From Octopus sinensis (taxonomy: Eukaryota): a stretch of 64,000 nucleotides of DNA. The notes under the pieces are model-generated. The model saw only the letters and a list, made by a program, of their open reading frames with translations. It did not search any database and had not been told where the DNA came from. A program made the translations under genes and the position numbers. Positions 1 to 12,811 of the stretch are shown here, piece after piece (position 1 is the first letter of the stretch; each line of letters starts with the position of its first letter). Location of the stretch: contig NC_043000.1 in the NCBI RefSeq assembly GCF_006345805.1, positions 118,234,001 to 118,298,000 on the forward strand, given 5' to 3'.

Positions 1-1049
1 GGTGGAGTATGTCGACTCCTTACTTGTTTTTCTAAAATGATCTATAAATGTTCAATAATTTTGAGATCTTTGGACTTTGAAGGCCAGATAAGATGTTCAA
101 CTATACTAAAATGTTCCTCATGCCATTCACTAACAACTTTAGCTTTGTGAATTGATGCACTATCATCCTGAAAGATTGCGTTTCCCTCCGGAAGCAGTTG
201 CACAACCATATGATGAATTTGATCAGATAAAATGCTTAAATAGTCTTGCCATGAAGGGAAACCAATGAGCCGGCGGATTTCCAAGATATAGCCCCCCACC
301 CAGATCATCACAGATCCTTCTCCATGTTTAACAGTTGGAAGAAGGTAGTCTGGATCAAAGGCTTCTTTTGGCTGTCTCCACGCGTATACTCGGACAGTGG
401 TCGGAAATAAGGTAAAGGATGACCTGTTCGAGAAAATAACATTCTTCCACTGCTCTAGGGACCAATTCTGTAGGTTTTTACTCCACTCTAAACGCTTTGC
501 AACGCTTGCTTTTGAAAGTAGTGGTTTTCTGATTGCAGCCCTCCCGTGAGATCTGGCTTTGTGCATATCCCGGTGAACAGCTTTTGTGGAAACTGGGTTC
601 TTGAGGTGGTCATTAAGTTCTGCAGTAATTTTGGGAGCTGTACTTTTGCGATCCCTTCTAACAATTCGCGTAAGAGTCCGACGGTCCCTATCTGAAAGTG
701 TTGGTTTTCTTCTGGAGTTTTGTTTCGACGAGGTGGTTTTTCCCTTTCTCAAAGGCTTACTTTCGAGACAGTACTTCTTGATACACCAAACATTTCGGTT
801 GCTTTCGTCACGCTAGCACCTGCCATACGAGCACTAACAACTTGACCTCTTTGAAAGTCCGATAGATCTGACATTTTAATGAATATTAATTATCTTTTTC
901 TAATGATATCTGAAAAGAAACAGCAATTTTAGCAAAACATATTAAGCAACACTAATAATAAATAAAAAACATAGAAGTAAACAAGCTTTTCATGGTTTCA
1001 TAGATATTTCAAAATTATGATGCTATGTGTTTCCGTTATTTTGTGCAAC

Positions 1050-1054
<5 letters not shown>
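1..1054 (-). mobile_element. Tc1-like DNA transposon, degenerate; runs off the left edge
   Basis: ORF 42-752 has Tc1 HTH and DDE-region motifs (GRAAIRKPLLS, LEWSK..NW..EQWKNVIFS, PTVKHGEGSVMIW, IFQDDSASIH, WPSKSKDLKIIEHL). The true N-terminus (MSDLSDFQRGQVVSARMAGAS) starts at 874 in another frame. The end reads ...TTTTGTGCAACTTCTG followed by TA at 1054. Confidence 0.9.
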
Positions 1055-1080
<26 letters not shown>

Positions 1081-1082
<2 letters not shown>

Positions 1083-1464
1083 CCAGCAGTATCGCCCGGC
1101 GTTGCTCGGGTTTGTAAGGGAAATAACTATAAAGCATTTTTAGAGAGTTATAGCCAAAAAACAGCAAAAAAGGCATTAAAAATGGGAAAAAAATTATGGT
1201 AAATTTTTTTAAATCGTTGATTCATCGTAGACATTTTTAGACAGTTACTTCCCTTTATTAAAAAAATATGCTTTAAAATAGAAAAAAATTATGGTAAATT
1301 ATTTTTAAAATCGTAGACTCATCGTAGACGCGCGCTAATACCCAGAAGGGCTCGATATAAATCACGACTATAAGATACCCGGTTTTGGTTAAACTGCACC
1401 GCAAAATGTGGGAGTAGTTAGGAATCTAAATCGTAGGAGACAGACACTCACACAACTTCACTTT

Positions 1465-1470
<6 letters not shown>
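1081..1470 (+). mobile_element. Non-autonomous Helitron/Helentron-like element
   Basis: Starts TACCAGCAGTATCGCCCGGCGTTGCTCGGG (small subterminal hairpin) and ends CACAACTTCACTTTTATATATA within TA runs; this layout is typical of such elements. Confidence 0.5.
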
Positions 1471-1500
<30 letters not shown>

Positions 1501-1501
1501 A

Positions 1502-1562
<61 letters not shown>

Positions 1563-1569
<7 letters not shown>

Positions 1570-2230
1570 ATACAAAAAATGGGACAAAAACGCAAAACAT
1601 CCAGACAGTTAGATGATACAAAAAAGGGACAAGAAAAAACAAGGACAGGTCAATCAGAGTTTTCTTTCCTCAGTTGAGTTCCAGATTTTGAAAATTTAAA
1701 ACATTTTGAAAATATAAAAGATTTTTTACCTATTTTTTATTCTTTTAATTTTTGTTTTATATTTTATGTTTGCTTTTGTTGTTTTGCATCTTTGTTCTCT
1801 TAGCATTTGGGTTCATTTTTGATTTGGTTGCATCTTGGATTTTTTTTGTTGGTCAGTTATTTTTAGCGTTTTGACAGAAAAAAGTCATTATAAAATTGTT
1901 TTTTAACGTAAGCGTGCCCAAACAAATTGAATGCTTATACAGAGCAGGCTTTACAGCCACACCATGCAAACAAACCGGGTGAAACCGGGCTTAGCTACTA
2001 GTATATATATAAAAAGGAGTACAAAAAATGGGACAAGAACGCAAAACATCCAGACAGTAAGATGATACAAGAAAGGGACAGCAAAACATCCAGACAGCTG
2101 ATACATAAAAAAGAGACAAGGAAAAAGAAAGGACAGGTCATTCGGAGTTTTCTTTCCTCAGTTGAGTTACAGATTATCTTTGCAATTTCGGCTAGTTATA
2201 CTCGAGATTGCTCCAATCTGGTCAGCTCCA
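1563..2230. repeat. Local direct duplication (about 1563-1690 and 2015-2177), possibly a Penelope pLTR relic on the minus strand
   Basis: Both copies read TACAAAAAATGGGACAA..CGCAAAACATCCAGACAGT..GATGATACAA...GGACAGGTCA..GAGTTTTCTTTCCTCAGTTGAGTT. The family call is tentative. Confidence 0.4.
1900..2003 (-). mobile_element. Helitron-like terminal fragment
   Basis: Minus strand reads TACTAGTAGCTAAGCCCGGTTTCACCCGGTT, the same end architecture as 1081. Confidence 0.4.
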
Positions 2231-2631
2231 AGGAAAAATTAAACTAAGAGCACTAGATTCCTTGGAAGAAAGCAGCGAATCTATACGAAAACAAAGACGG
2301 AAAAAAACGGAGAAATGGTACACAAACACAAATAAGAAGACATTATCAACAGGTGTCGTTCGACTAAAGACGAATTAAATGAAGCTGGCGTATTATATAG
2401 AAGTGAAGCATTACGGCAGGGATATCTGCGGGCTAGCTAGGAAGTTGGTCAGCAGTGAAAGGGACTTCTGGTAGGAGAAGAAAAAGAGAAGAATGTCGAC
2501 AGTGAGTGTTAAACAAATTTGAATGAACTAAACAGAAATAACTGGCGATTTAAGCCCTGATATACTTAAAGTAATAAACCTCTGATAAATGTCTCTTCTC
2601 CACTAGTTTGTTTGCTTATTGCTTAACAAAG

Positions 2632-2665
<34 letters not shown>

Positions 2666-2795
2666 CAAAATAAGCAACAAATGGAGTTGCGTGAAACGAT
2701 CGTACTGCATTACCTCTGGATATCCTTGTTGCTTATTTTGATTTTAATCACCTTATTTTGAAATTGCTCTTTCTCTATTGGCAAGAAAACTGAAT

Positions 2796-2894
2796 CATGA
2801 CATGCATACATGCATGCATGCATGCATGCATACATACATACATACATACATACATGCATACATACATAGATACATACATACATACATACATACA

Positions 2895-2922
<28 letters not shown>
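2796..2922. repeat. (TGCA)n/(TACA)n microsatellite; similar tracts at about 7510-7615 and 9620-9740
   Basis: Directly visible tetranucleotide repeats. Confidence 0.95.
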
Positions 2923-2925
<3 letters not shown>

Positions 2926-3744
2926 GGTTTTGTTAGTAAATGCTTAAAGGAGAGTCTGGATAAACTGATATTTCAAGAAAGAGTAATCGACCGGCTAATT
3001 TGTACATTACAAGGGCAATCTGTGACTGGAACAGTAGAAATATGCAAGACTCATCTCCAGTTCCAAATGTGGATTTGTCAGTGTTAACTACATCCCAAAG
3101 ATGGAATCTTGTTGGAAACCGGCTCCCTCTTCAGCGGAAGATTTATAATAATTAAAAAATAGAAGAGACACACATACATACACAAATAAATAAATAAAAT
3201 CCTTTGTCCTATGGGCACAAAGCCTGAAATGTTTTGAGGGAGAGGGCTTGTTTCACTGGTATTTAGAACGTAAACACGGACGAAATACCGCTACGCGCTT
3301 TATCTGGGGTGCTAACGTTCCTGCCAGCTCACCGCCGAAATAATAATCATAATAATTACTTCAAGTTTTTGTCACAAGGGTAGCTTTGGAAAGGTGGGTA
3401 TGAGTCGATTACATCGACCCAGTGTTCAACTGGTACTTGTTTTAGTGACTCCGAAAGGATGAAAGGCAAAGTCGACCTCAGCGGAATTTGAACTCAGAAT
3501 GGAGCGACGGGTGGAATACCGCTAACGATTCTGCCAGGTCGCCGCCTTCTTAATAATAATAATAATAATAATAATAATTATAATAATAGTAATAATAATA
3601 ATAATAAAAACTCCGACCCCAGTACTTAACTGGTATTCATTTTATCAGCTTCGAAAGGATTAAAGGTATAGTCAACCTCGGTGGAATTTGAACTCAGAAC
3701 GGAAAGACGGACGAAATACTACTAAGCATTTTACCCGGCGTGCT

Positions 3745-4152
3745 AACGTTTCTTATTTCTTTATTGCGCACAAGGAGCTAAATATAGAGGGGACAAACAA
3801 GGACAGACAAAGGGATTAAGTCGATTACATCGGCCCCAGTGCGTAACTGGTACTTAATTTATCGACCCCGAAAGGATGAAAGGCAAAGTCGACCTGGGCG
3901 GAATTTGAACTCACAACGGAACGACAGACGAAATACCTATTTCTTTACTACCCACAAGGGGCTACACACAGAGGACAAACAAGGACAGACAAACGGATTA
4001 AGTCGATTACATCGACTCCAGTGCGTAAGTGGTACTTATTTAATCGACCCCGAAAGGATGAAAGGCAGAGTCGACCTCGGTGGAATTTGAACTCAGAACG
4101 GAAAGACGGACGAAATACTACTAAGCATTTTACCCGGAGTGCTAACGTTTCT
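3745..4152 (-). mobile_element. tRNA-derived SINE family A, dimer
   Basis: Two bodies with a B-box (GAGTTCAAATTCC), joined at GACGAAATAC|CTATTTCTTT (about 3936); head only on the 5'-most unit. Confidence 0.85.
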
Positions 4153-5301
4153 GTCCGTTCACCACATGTTTTAACGTCGTCATAACTAGAACATTGTCCT
4201 TTTGTCGCTTTAGAGTTCCTTATCGTTATATGAGAAGATATAAATATTGCTGACAATTAGAGAGATTAAATTACTGTTTTATAACTAGCACATTTTGAAT
4301 TGATAAGTGGTGTTGTTCATATACACATCCTTTTAATTCTTCCAGCCAAGTACGGTGTGAAAACCATACAGTTTTCCTCCTTAATGTTTTAATTCAGCAA
4401 AGAACATTTTTATTCCATCCGGCATCGTTGATTGTACTTCTGTAATATTAAGTGCGATATTACACGTCGGTCTAGCTGGGAGATGTAAGCTAAATTAAAC
4501 TAAACAGCTTACGGAACTGGAGTGAGTGACATTCAGAAACTTAAATGCAGGCGAAGGGTAAGATTTCACTCTGAATACTCTACTATTTCAATGAAAATGA
4601 AACCGCAAATTATTATCGTAAATAATTTGTGTATTATCAATTTTGCACACACACATACACACACTCACGTATTTGAAACTAAATATAGGTTTTAGCAGTT
4701 ATTTTCGTACGTTTATAATTCAATTTGATAAGCCAGTCATTCAAAGTCGCTAAAAAAAAAAGAAAATTAGCGCCATGAAGTTTATCATTCAAATTCGTTT
4801 TTTGATCATTCAGTTTCGCACTTCAGTCAAATTTACATCATCCAAATTAGTCGACAGCATTCAAATTAGTCGGAATGCGAGGAAGCGTCTTTTCGAGCAT
4901 TTAAATTCCTTTCGGAGCAATCTATTTAAAACTTTCAGCAATCAAATTAGCACGATAGCTGGTTTAGTTTTATCTTGTAATCATTGTTATCATAATCATG
5001 TTTTCATCCATTGTTTATGCTTAAAGCACTTTATCCTGCCCATGTCTTTACGATGTATTCTTTTATTTATGCATAGATACATGTATTTATTGTCAAAAAC
5101 TTCATGAAATTGCATTCCAGCCTTTCCAATCTTTTTTTAAAAATAACTCACCATACAACAGATGCTCGTTTTCTTTGATTATGAATACATCATGTTGTGA
5201 TATATGTTCTTCCTTTGTATAATATGTTTGGTTGGGAAAAGTATATACATCTTTGATTTTGCATTTTTTCTTTCATCGGGGAAAGGGTATTATATACACT
5301 A

Positions 5302-5528
5302 CAAGGCGGCGAGCTGGCAGAATCGTAAGCACGCCGGGCGAAATGGGTAGCCGTATTTCGTCTGCCGTTACGTTCTGAGTTCAAATTCCGCCGAGGTCGA
5401 CCTTACCTTTCATCCTTTCGGGGTCGATAAATTAAGTACCAGTTACGCACTTGGGTCGATGTAATCTACTTAATCCGTTTGTCTGTCCTTGTTTGTCCCC
5501 TCTGTCTCTTGTGGGTAGTAAAGAAATA
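5302..5528 (+). mobile_element. SINE family A, full-length monomer
   Basis: 16-bp TSD GGTATTATATACACTA at 5286-5301 and 5529-5544; tRNA-like head, B-box and tail ending AAAGAAATA. Confidence 0.92.
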
Positions 5529-6186
5529 GGTATTATATACACTAAGATAATTATTGATTTACAGTCTTGATAAGGAGAGTTCGTTTGAGAGGATTTAGCC
5601 GTCTATTTCTTGGTGGTCGGGGAACCCCGGGGGGGGGGTAGGTCTATGTGTGTAGATACCAACGAACTCAATTTTCTGGAGTGATAGCGTCGACGTTACA
5701 CCTTGCAACCTGTTGTATGATATGTACTCGCCATTCTTCCATGGTTATTCCGGCTTCTTCGGCAGCTGCCTGGCCGCCAACTCTTTGCTGCAGCTCAGCA
5801 CGAAGGACGTCCCGCTTGACAGCCGCCTTAAAGGCAGAGTGCACCATTTCTGTACATTAAGAAACGCCGAGTAGGGAGGCGTCAGCTGGGAGCTCGGCAC
5901 GAACGTGTGGCCACGAGTTGTTGTAGGTCAAGTAGACAGATTCATCCGCCGGGAACATGTCGGCACATGCTCGAATTGTTTCCGCCAAGAACTCCGCAAA
6001 AGCGTTTCGTGTAACGGTATTGTTCGCAATGGAGTGGTGAATCAGACCGATTTCTCCCGACACCGCGAAAGTGACGTGACAGTTTTTTCCCACGCTGACG
6101 GTTGACAACAGGAACTCTTCGAGGGGCTCGTCCAAAAGACAGCCTGGTCCAAATGTTGCACCCACATTCATCAATGAATACGCAAT

Positions 6187-6419
6187 ATATTTCTTTACTG
6201 CCCACAAGGGGCTAAACACAGAGGGGACAAACAAGGACAGGCAAACAGATTAAGTCGATTACATCGACCCAGTGCGCAACTGGTACTAAATTTATCGACC
6301 CCGAAAGGATGAAAGGCAAAGTCGACCTCGGCGGAATTTGAACTCAGAACGTAACGGCAGACGAAATACCGCTAAGCATTTCGCCTGGCGTGCTAACGTT
6401 TCTGCCAGCTCGTCGCCTT
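6187..6419 (-). mobile_element. SINE family A, full-length monomer inside the transposase gene
   Basis: 17-bp TSD ATCAATGAATACGCAAT at 6170-6186 and 6420-6436. Confidence 0.92.
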
Positions 6420-7649
6420 ATCAATGAATACGCAATGGCCAACGATTCCCTCTTTCACGAACCATTGCGCGTACTCAACGCTTTTCCGGCGTTCTTGGAG
6501 CATGTCTTGCATCTGGAATGTCTTCAGCCAACTTCATAGTTATCAACATCCCATCTAGAGCGCGGGAGATTGCAGACACGGAAGCAGGTGGCTTTCTGGA
6601 CAATGCTGCCTCTAAGTCCTTCTTCATCTGTTGGAGTGTTGTCAGTGAGTTGGCATCATTAATCAGCTGATGCCTGGCTCGTATTTCCTCATCAACCTTA
6701 ACGTGGTGGGCATCTCCTCTGGGCAACTTGTGGCGCCGCCCAGACAGTAGGTAGGTCTCTACTATGGATCGGACACTACTCCTTTTAATGCCAGGTGTGT
6801 CTGTTAGTTTCAGGTAATCCTTTTGATTCCCCTCGAAGGCATCAACCAGCCTTGCTCTATCTTCGTCCGATATACGCATGTACCGTACGCGTGGCTCAGG
6901 GATTACAAGTTTGTCGTAAGAGAAAGGGATATAAAATGCAACTGATACCGACTGGTTACGACTGTTGCTATGACCTTTCGTGGACAAAAGAGACACGTAA
7001 TTTATTTACTTCTTATAACTACAACATAACAAAATTTGCATGACACAACATGTCATTTAAATTTGTCACTTTTAACATCCACTTGTGAGTTAAAAGACAC
7101 ATGTAAAATTAGTGCTAAATTGAATAAACTTATTCCGAACTCGAATTTGAATGCACTCGACGGGTATTTTAATTTAAATGATGTAAATGCCAAATTCTTT
7201 GACCGAAGCGTGAAATTGAATGATCAAAAAACGAATTTGAATGACCCGATGATCAAATTGAATGACTAACGTACGAAAATGACTGCAAAATCTTATATTA
7301 ATCTCTTGTTTTAAAAGTGTTTATGTCCCCGTAACACACACACATTATATATATATATATGTATACGACGGACTTCTTTCACAATGCTCTGGTCTGCCCG
7401 AGGCTATAGTGGAAGACCCTTGCCCAAGGTGCCACGCAGTAGGACTAAACCCGGAACCATGTGGTTGGGAAGCAATTTCTTTCCACACAGCCACTCTTGT
7501 ACTTATCTATATGTATGCATGCATGCATGCATGCATGCATGCATGCATGTATGTATGTATGTATGTATGTATGTATGTATGTATGTATGTATGTATGTAT
7601 GTATGTATGTGTGTGTGTTCAATGAAGCGTTAAAAGATTTAGTTTAAAA

Positions 7650-8262
7650 GCGCACGAAACGTCCAGACCTTTCTGATCGTCTCATGGGAAGACAGGATTC
7701 CACATTGAACAATCTTGGTACGCTGCAACTCCTGCAGCATCGAACTTCTTATTGACAAGCACCAACTTCACTAGACTGGCCATCTCGTCAGGATGTCACC
7801 CTTCCGTCTCCCTAGTATTGTCTTCAACGGGGATACGACGGACTTCTTTCACAATGCTCTGGTCTGTCCGAGGCTATAGTGGAAGACCCTTGCCCAAGGT
7901 GCCACGCAGTAGGACTAAACTCGGAACCATGTGGTTTAGTAGTTGGCGGACTGAAGAAGAGACACACAGATCAAGTTGTTGCAATCCAGCGGAAATTCAA
8001 CATTTCTCCTACAGATGTGGAAACTCTTGCTACAGATGGCGGACCATCTGGCATCCGTGAGAGCATCGAGACAAGACGTCGTCAATGGTTCGATGAGCGT
8101 CGAGCGAGGCGTGCTGTTGCTGCTACTGGATCGCCAACACCCAGCTCATCCGTCCCTTGTCTGACTTGTGGAAAACTCTGCCGCTCCGCTTTTGTTCTCC
8201 GCCCACATCAGCAAGTTCATCAACTACGTTTAGCACCAACTTGAAGGGATGTCCTTCTTTGT
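7650..8262 (+). mobile_element. RTE-clade (BovB-like) LINE 3' fragment
   Basis: Degenerate ISWEDRIP..LRW.GHLVRM..RLP..VFNG..GGLKKRHTD region and the C-terminal CxxC..HxxxH motif CLTCGKLCRSAFVLRPHQQVH typical of RTE ORF ends. Confidence 0.7.
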
Positions 8263-8301
8263 AACGAGGGACTTCGAAGCAGAAGCACACACACACACAC
8301 A

Positions 8302-8332
<31 letters not shown>

Positions 8333-9759
8333 AAACAGGTGTGGCTGTGTGGCAAGAAGTTTGTTTCCCAACTATATGGTTCATGGTTCAGTCACCCTGC
8401 GGGGCTCCTTGGGCAAGTGTCTTCCACTATACTATTTCCTTCTTTAAGCTTGGTTCTACCTTTGATAACATAGTAATGTGTATGTTCTACGTATATATTT
8501 GCACAGAGGGTTCTTGTACGGTGCCTTTAAAACAAAAATCAGTTTTCGTAATCCAGCAATTGTCAGAATTAAAGTGGTTAAACCTGGACTGAATTGGCAG
8601 TATGTGACGTATAGCTAAGGATATTCATATTCTAAAAATTCAGTGACCTATTTATTATTTACACTAGGCTTAATGGGACAATATTCTTTGAGAACATTGA
8701 CATCTCAGATATCACGAGTTGCGTGGTTTATAGTTAATTCTTGATAATTCTAGGAAAGACAAAACAAACATTAGCTTAAAGCTGCATATTGCTTGATTTT
8801 GCCTTTCATCCATTCGGAGTACTGGATATAATCGACTCGCCCTCTCCCCTAAAATTATTTAGGCCTTGTACCTTTAGTAGAAAGGAACATTTTTATTATT
8901 ATTATTAGGTGGCGAGTTGGCAGAATTGTCAACGCGTTGGAAAAAAATCTTAGATGTATTACTTTCGACTTATTACGTTCTGGGTTCAAACTCACGCGAG
9001 GTTGGCTTTGCCTTTAATCTTTTCAGGACTTCACCTTTTTTCCTTTCGGGATTAATAAAATAAGTACTAGTTATGACATCCGCATTCCTAAGGTTATTGG
9101 CCTTGTGCCAAAACTTGAAACCTTTATTTAGTCAGTGATCTGAAATAATCATTAGCACACTGGACAAAATGCTTAGCGGCTTTACATTTTGGCTTTACAT
9201 TCTGAGTTCGAATACCGCCGAGGTCGATTTTGCCTTTCACCTTTTTTAGGTCAATAAAATAAATAGCTGTTGTGTACCGATTTAAGTTAAAATCGAACGA
9301 AAAAGTGTCGTATTCAAAAATCTGTTTGTTTTCTAGGTTATCCAGAGAGTAACTCTGAAAAAGACTCATATTACAGTTTAAGGTTCATCTTGTTGGTATC
9401 TATAGTTACGCATGTCATGGAGTATAAGTAGAGGAGTACTTAAGCATTGTTTACGCAACATCGCTGCTTCACTCAGTATGAAAATAAATAATGAGTATTA
9501 CGCACTTCCTCGGCATTTGACAATGCAAATAAGTTTTTCTTTATTACTGATATTTATTGAGTGAAAGTGAAACGAGGTTAAGATCATGTGACTAACTGTA
9601 ATACAAGCAAGCTCTCCTGTTTTGTTTTATATAACGCATACATGTATGCATGTATGCATGCATGTATGTATGTATGCATGCATGCATGCATGCATGTATG
9701 TATGTATGCATGCATGCATGCATGTATGTATGCATACATATGCAATTTGTTTTCATGCG

Positions 9760-10445
9760 GTTCATTTTAAGACCTACTACTAAGTTCGGAAGACGTATCA
9801 CAAGGCCGAATAGAGGTTGGAAAAAATGGAATCTAGGAGACGAAGGAGTACGTCTATTTAGGTTAGATAGTAAATATGCGCCACGTTATGGATGCTGAAA
9901 TCTCAAAGAGAATACGGGAAGGATGAAAGGCATTTAACTCAATAAAGGATGTGCTCAAAGCAAAGCTCGACAATACCATACGTGCTAACATCTTCAATAA
10001 CACTATCCTGCCTGCGGTCTTTACGCAAGTGCGACGTGGATTACTACGAAGAGGGCGGAACATCGGTTGGCTCAGACGCAAAGGACCTTGGAAAGATCCA
10101 TGCAAGGAATACCATTAGGAGGGTATATTTGAAATGAAATGATTCGAGAACGAAGTGGAGTGAACGATGTGATCACAGAATGCCGAAAGCACAAGTTCCG
10201 CTGGGCCTGACGTGTCACAAAGTTCACAGACAACAAATGAAACCATACAGTTGTCAGGTAGTATCAGCGAGATCGGGAAAGCCATTAGGAAGACCTCAAC
10301 GACGATGGGAAGACGATTTAGTAAAACAATTTGGCTCAAGATGGAAAAGAATGGTGCAATCAAGACAGAATTAGAAGCGCATTGTGACCAGTGGTGTATA
10401 ACAGCATTTGATGGTCTGGCCGCTACTGCGATACAATGATGCATG
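9760..10445 (+). mobile_element. RTE-clade LINE 3' fragment, second family
   Basis: Frame-broken EYVYLG, AFNSIKDVLKAKLDNTIRANIFNNTILPAV and GRPQRRWEDDLVKQFGSRWKRMVQSRQN; short AATG-type tail. Confidence 0.7.
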
Positions 10446-11214
10446 AAATGATGGAATGTATTGTTTACACCATAAGATTATAGAAACTTCGAGAGAAAGT
10501 GAAATGATTCGTTTTTAACGGTTGTACAAGAAGTAGATAAAGCTATAAAACATGTAAATACCGGGTTTAAAAAGCACATTTGGAGAGAAAAAGTCCAAAG
10601 CTGTTCCAAGGGCAGCCTTTCATTATTTTGATTTTATCTCCGAGATTATTGCATAAATTCTGATCATTATTTCCTTTGCAAAATTAAACAGAGTCTTAAT
10701 GATTTAAGTTGAAACGAGGTACACTACACAATTAATCAAGAATTATTTTAGTAAAACACACGATTGTGATGTCTCAGATAAATTCCTAAATTAACTTGGT
10801 TCCGCCATCGTTGCCATAAAGGTATGTCGTCAACATTGATACGTCTTCTACTCTAGTTAACCGTTTTGTTGAAACTCTTAGTTATATAGGTGCAGGCAAG
10901 GCTTGCTTCTCAACCACATTGTTCCGAGTTCACTCCCGTTACGTGGCACCTTGGGCAAGTGTATTAAAGCCATGTGGGTGGCTAAAGGTGTCTCATGTCG
11001 CTTAACTCAGGATCATTTTCGCTGAACATTGTTGTAAACGATCCACATCGCATCACTCGTCACAATTTGCTTAAAAAAAGGTGCCTTTTCATCGCGTTTA
11101 TGCATCTAAATCACGGAAAGATTCTTTTCACTCGGATCATGTGGTGCCCAAACATCGTAGCGATAAGAGTGTCCAAGCTTCCCTAAGTGCTGATGGATGG
11201 TGCAATTTCATAAA

Positions 11215-11520
11215 TTTAGTGTTTCTGCCTATTCCCGCGTTATGTAGTACGGGTTATTCTCAATCAATGTCTTGATTTGGTCGTCATCTGAAGTGGTGGT
11301 AGTGGGGCTTCTTGAGCGTTCTTCATCAATAAGGCTACAATCACCAACTCTAAACTTAGTGAACCACTTCCGTACAGTTCTGCCAGCTAAAAGCATATTC
11401 ACCGTACACACACCATATCTGGGGGAGGGGGTGACTTGCGAGGCATTTTTGCCTTTACGATAATAAAAAAAATCAAGTGTCTAAAATGCACCTTATAATC
11501 TTTCAGTTTCTTTGGGATGC
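11215..11520 (-). mobile_element. mariner (Mos1/SETMAR-like) transposase N-terminal fragment
   Basis: KVHFRHLIFF... and RTVRKWFTKFRVGDCSLIDEERSRSP...DQIKTLIENNP, the mariner HTH region. Confidence 0.75.
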
Positions 11521-12339
11521 AAAATTGACATGAATTAAGTAATTTTAAACTGCCTTTCTCAAGAGATAGTTTGAAGTGTGCGCTAACCGGAAATACAAGC
11601 ATATTATATGTATCGATAAATATGACGTGTTCTATCGTGTTGGAACATGAACGACTAAAAGTCGGCATGAACTTTCCGGACAACCCAATACACACACGCA
11701 CACACATTAGCAACAATACCCGTCGTTGATCGGGTAATTTTACTCTTTTTCGGACCCACATTCAAAGTGTTATTATATATAGAGATTTACTCCTCCTGTA
11801 TGTGTGCATTTTATAAGAGAAATATGTAATAATTGAAGTAGAAAAAAGATCAATTTCATACAGGAACTTCTGTTTGTTTATTATATGACAATAATAAGTG
11901 AGCTGTACATGTTATTCTATATATCAATACAGTAATGGCAATTATATAATACACAGGGATTTGGTTGGCACGGAATTGTAATGTAAGAGAATTGCCCAAC
12001 GTGCCGCACAGTGGGACTGAACCCAAGGTGACATGGTTAGAAAGCAAGCTTTTCAACTACACAGCCACGCCTATAAAGGAGAGATACATCTTGGATAATA
12101 TACTCCTTGATACAATACGCTTAACAAAAAGATGGGATGTTTACGCCGCGAAGACCTTTGATTTTAATATTTACTCGAGCAACGCAACAACTAACAACGC
12201 TGCACCATATAGGCTGTTACAGAATTAACTCTCTGTTTCAATGAAATTGAGCAAATTAAAAAAACCCAGGATTTTATGTTTATTATTTAATTATGATACC
12301 AAAACAAATTTATTGATCTTATGTCAAACTTTCATGGAA

Positions 12340-12500
12340 AATTTTCAACGTCTCTATCCTTGCATTCTTCAAATCTCTCCTTAGCGTTGTGAAGCACATT
12401 TTGAAGCATTTCAGGAGTTAGCTCCTGCACTGCTAACTGAATGTGTTCTTTAAACTAAGTTAAATGATTGCTCCAACTTGGGGGGTGGAGGTAAAGAAAA
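12340..12500 (-). mobile_element. Tc1/Tc3-type transposase C-terminal relic
   Basis: Minus strand translates FKEHIQLAVQELTPEMLQNVLHNAKERFEEC, resembling the C-terminal helix of this family. Confidence 0.45.
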
Positions 12501-12811
12501 TGATTGCTGCCAAATCGAAAAAAAGCAGTCGTGGACAAATAAGACGTATCCAACAGGAATGAAAATAAAATTGTTAAAAAGAAAAACAATAAAATTATAA
12601 ACAAAATTCAAAATTATACACATTTAACAGATATTAAACATGATAAATATAAAAAAGTGAGCTTTTTTAAAAAAGTTATACATTAATATCTATTTTTGTA
12701 AGCAGTTGTATGTCTTTATTTTTGTATGCAGCGTAAATGAACCAAGTATAAGCAAATTAACCAAACAGAAGCACTCACACGAACTGCTAATTTAACGGTA
12801 AATTCCACAAT

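Larger units (their letters stand above)
4680..7310 (-). mobile_element. IS630/Tc1/mariner-superfamily transposon with long imperfect TIRs, inactive
   Basis: TIR-like arms at about 4680-4870 and 7135-7310 (CAGT(T/C)ATTTTCGTACGTT...TCATTCAAATTCGTTTTTTGATCATTCA). Fragmented transposase: HTH in ORF 6475-6996, CVFIDECGCNIW, degenerate YNNSWPH, then PYSAFLN..TEMVHSAFK near 5850. Frameshifts, a stop and two SINE insertions. Confidence 0.8.

Noticed and set aside
5640-6996. Bacterial IS630 or contamination
   Set aside because: It is interrupted by host SINEs with TSDs and embedded in host microsatellites.
8150-8230. Host C2H2 zinc-finger gene exon
   Set aside because: It is a single motif at the end of an RTE ORF relic, where such a motif is expected.
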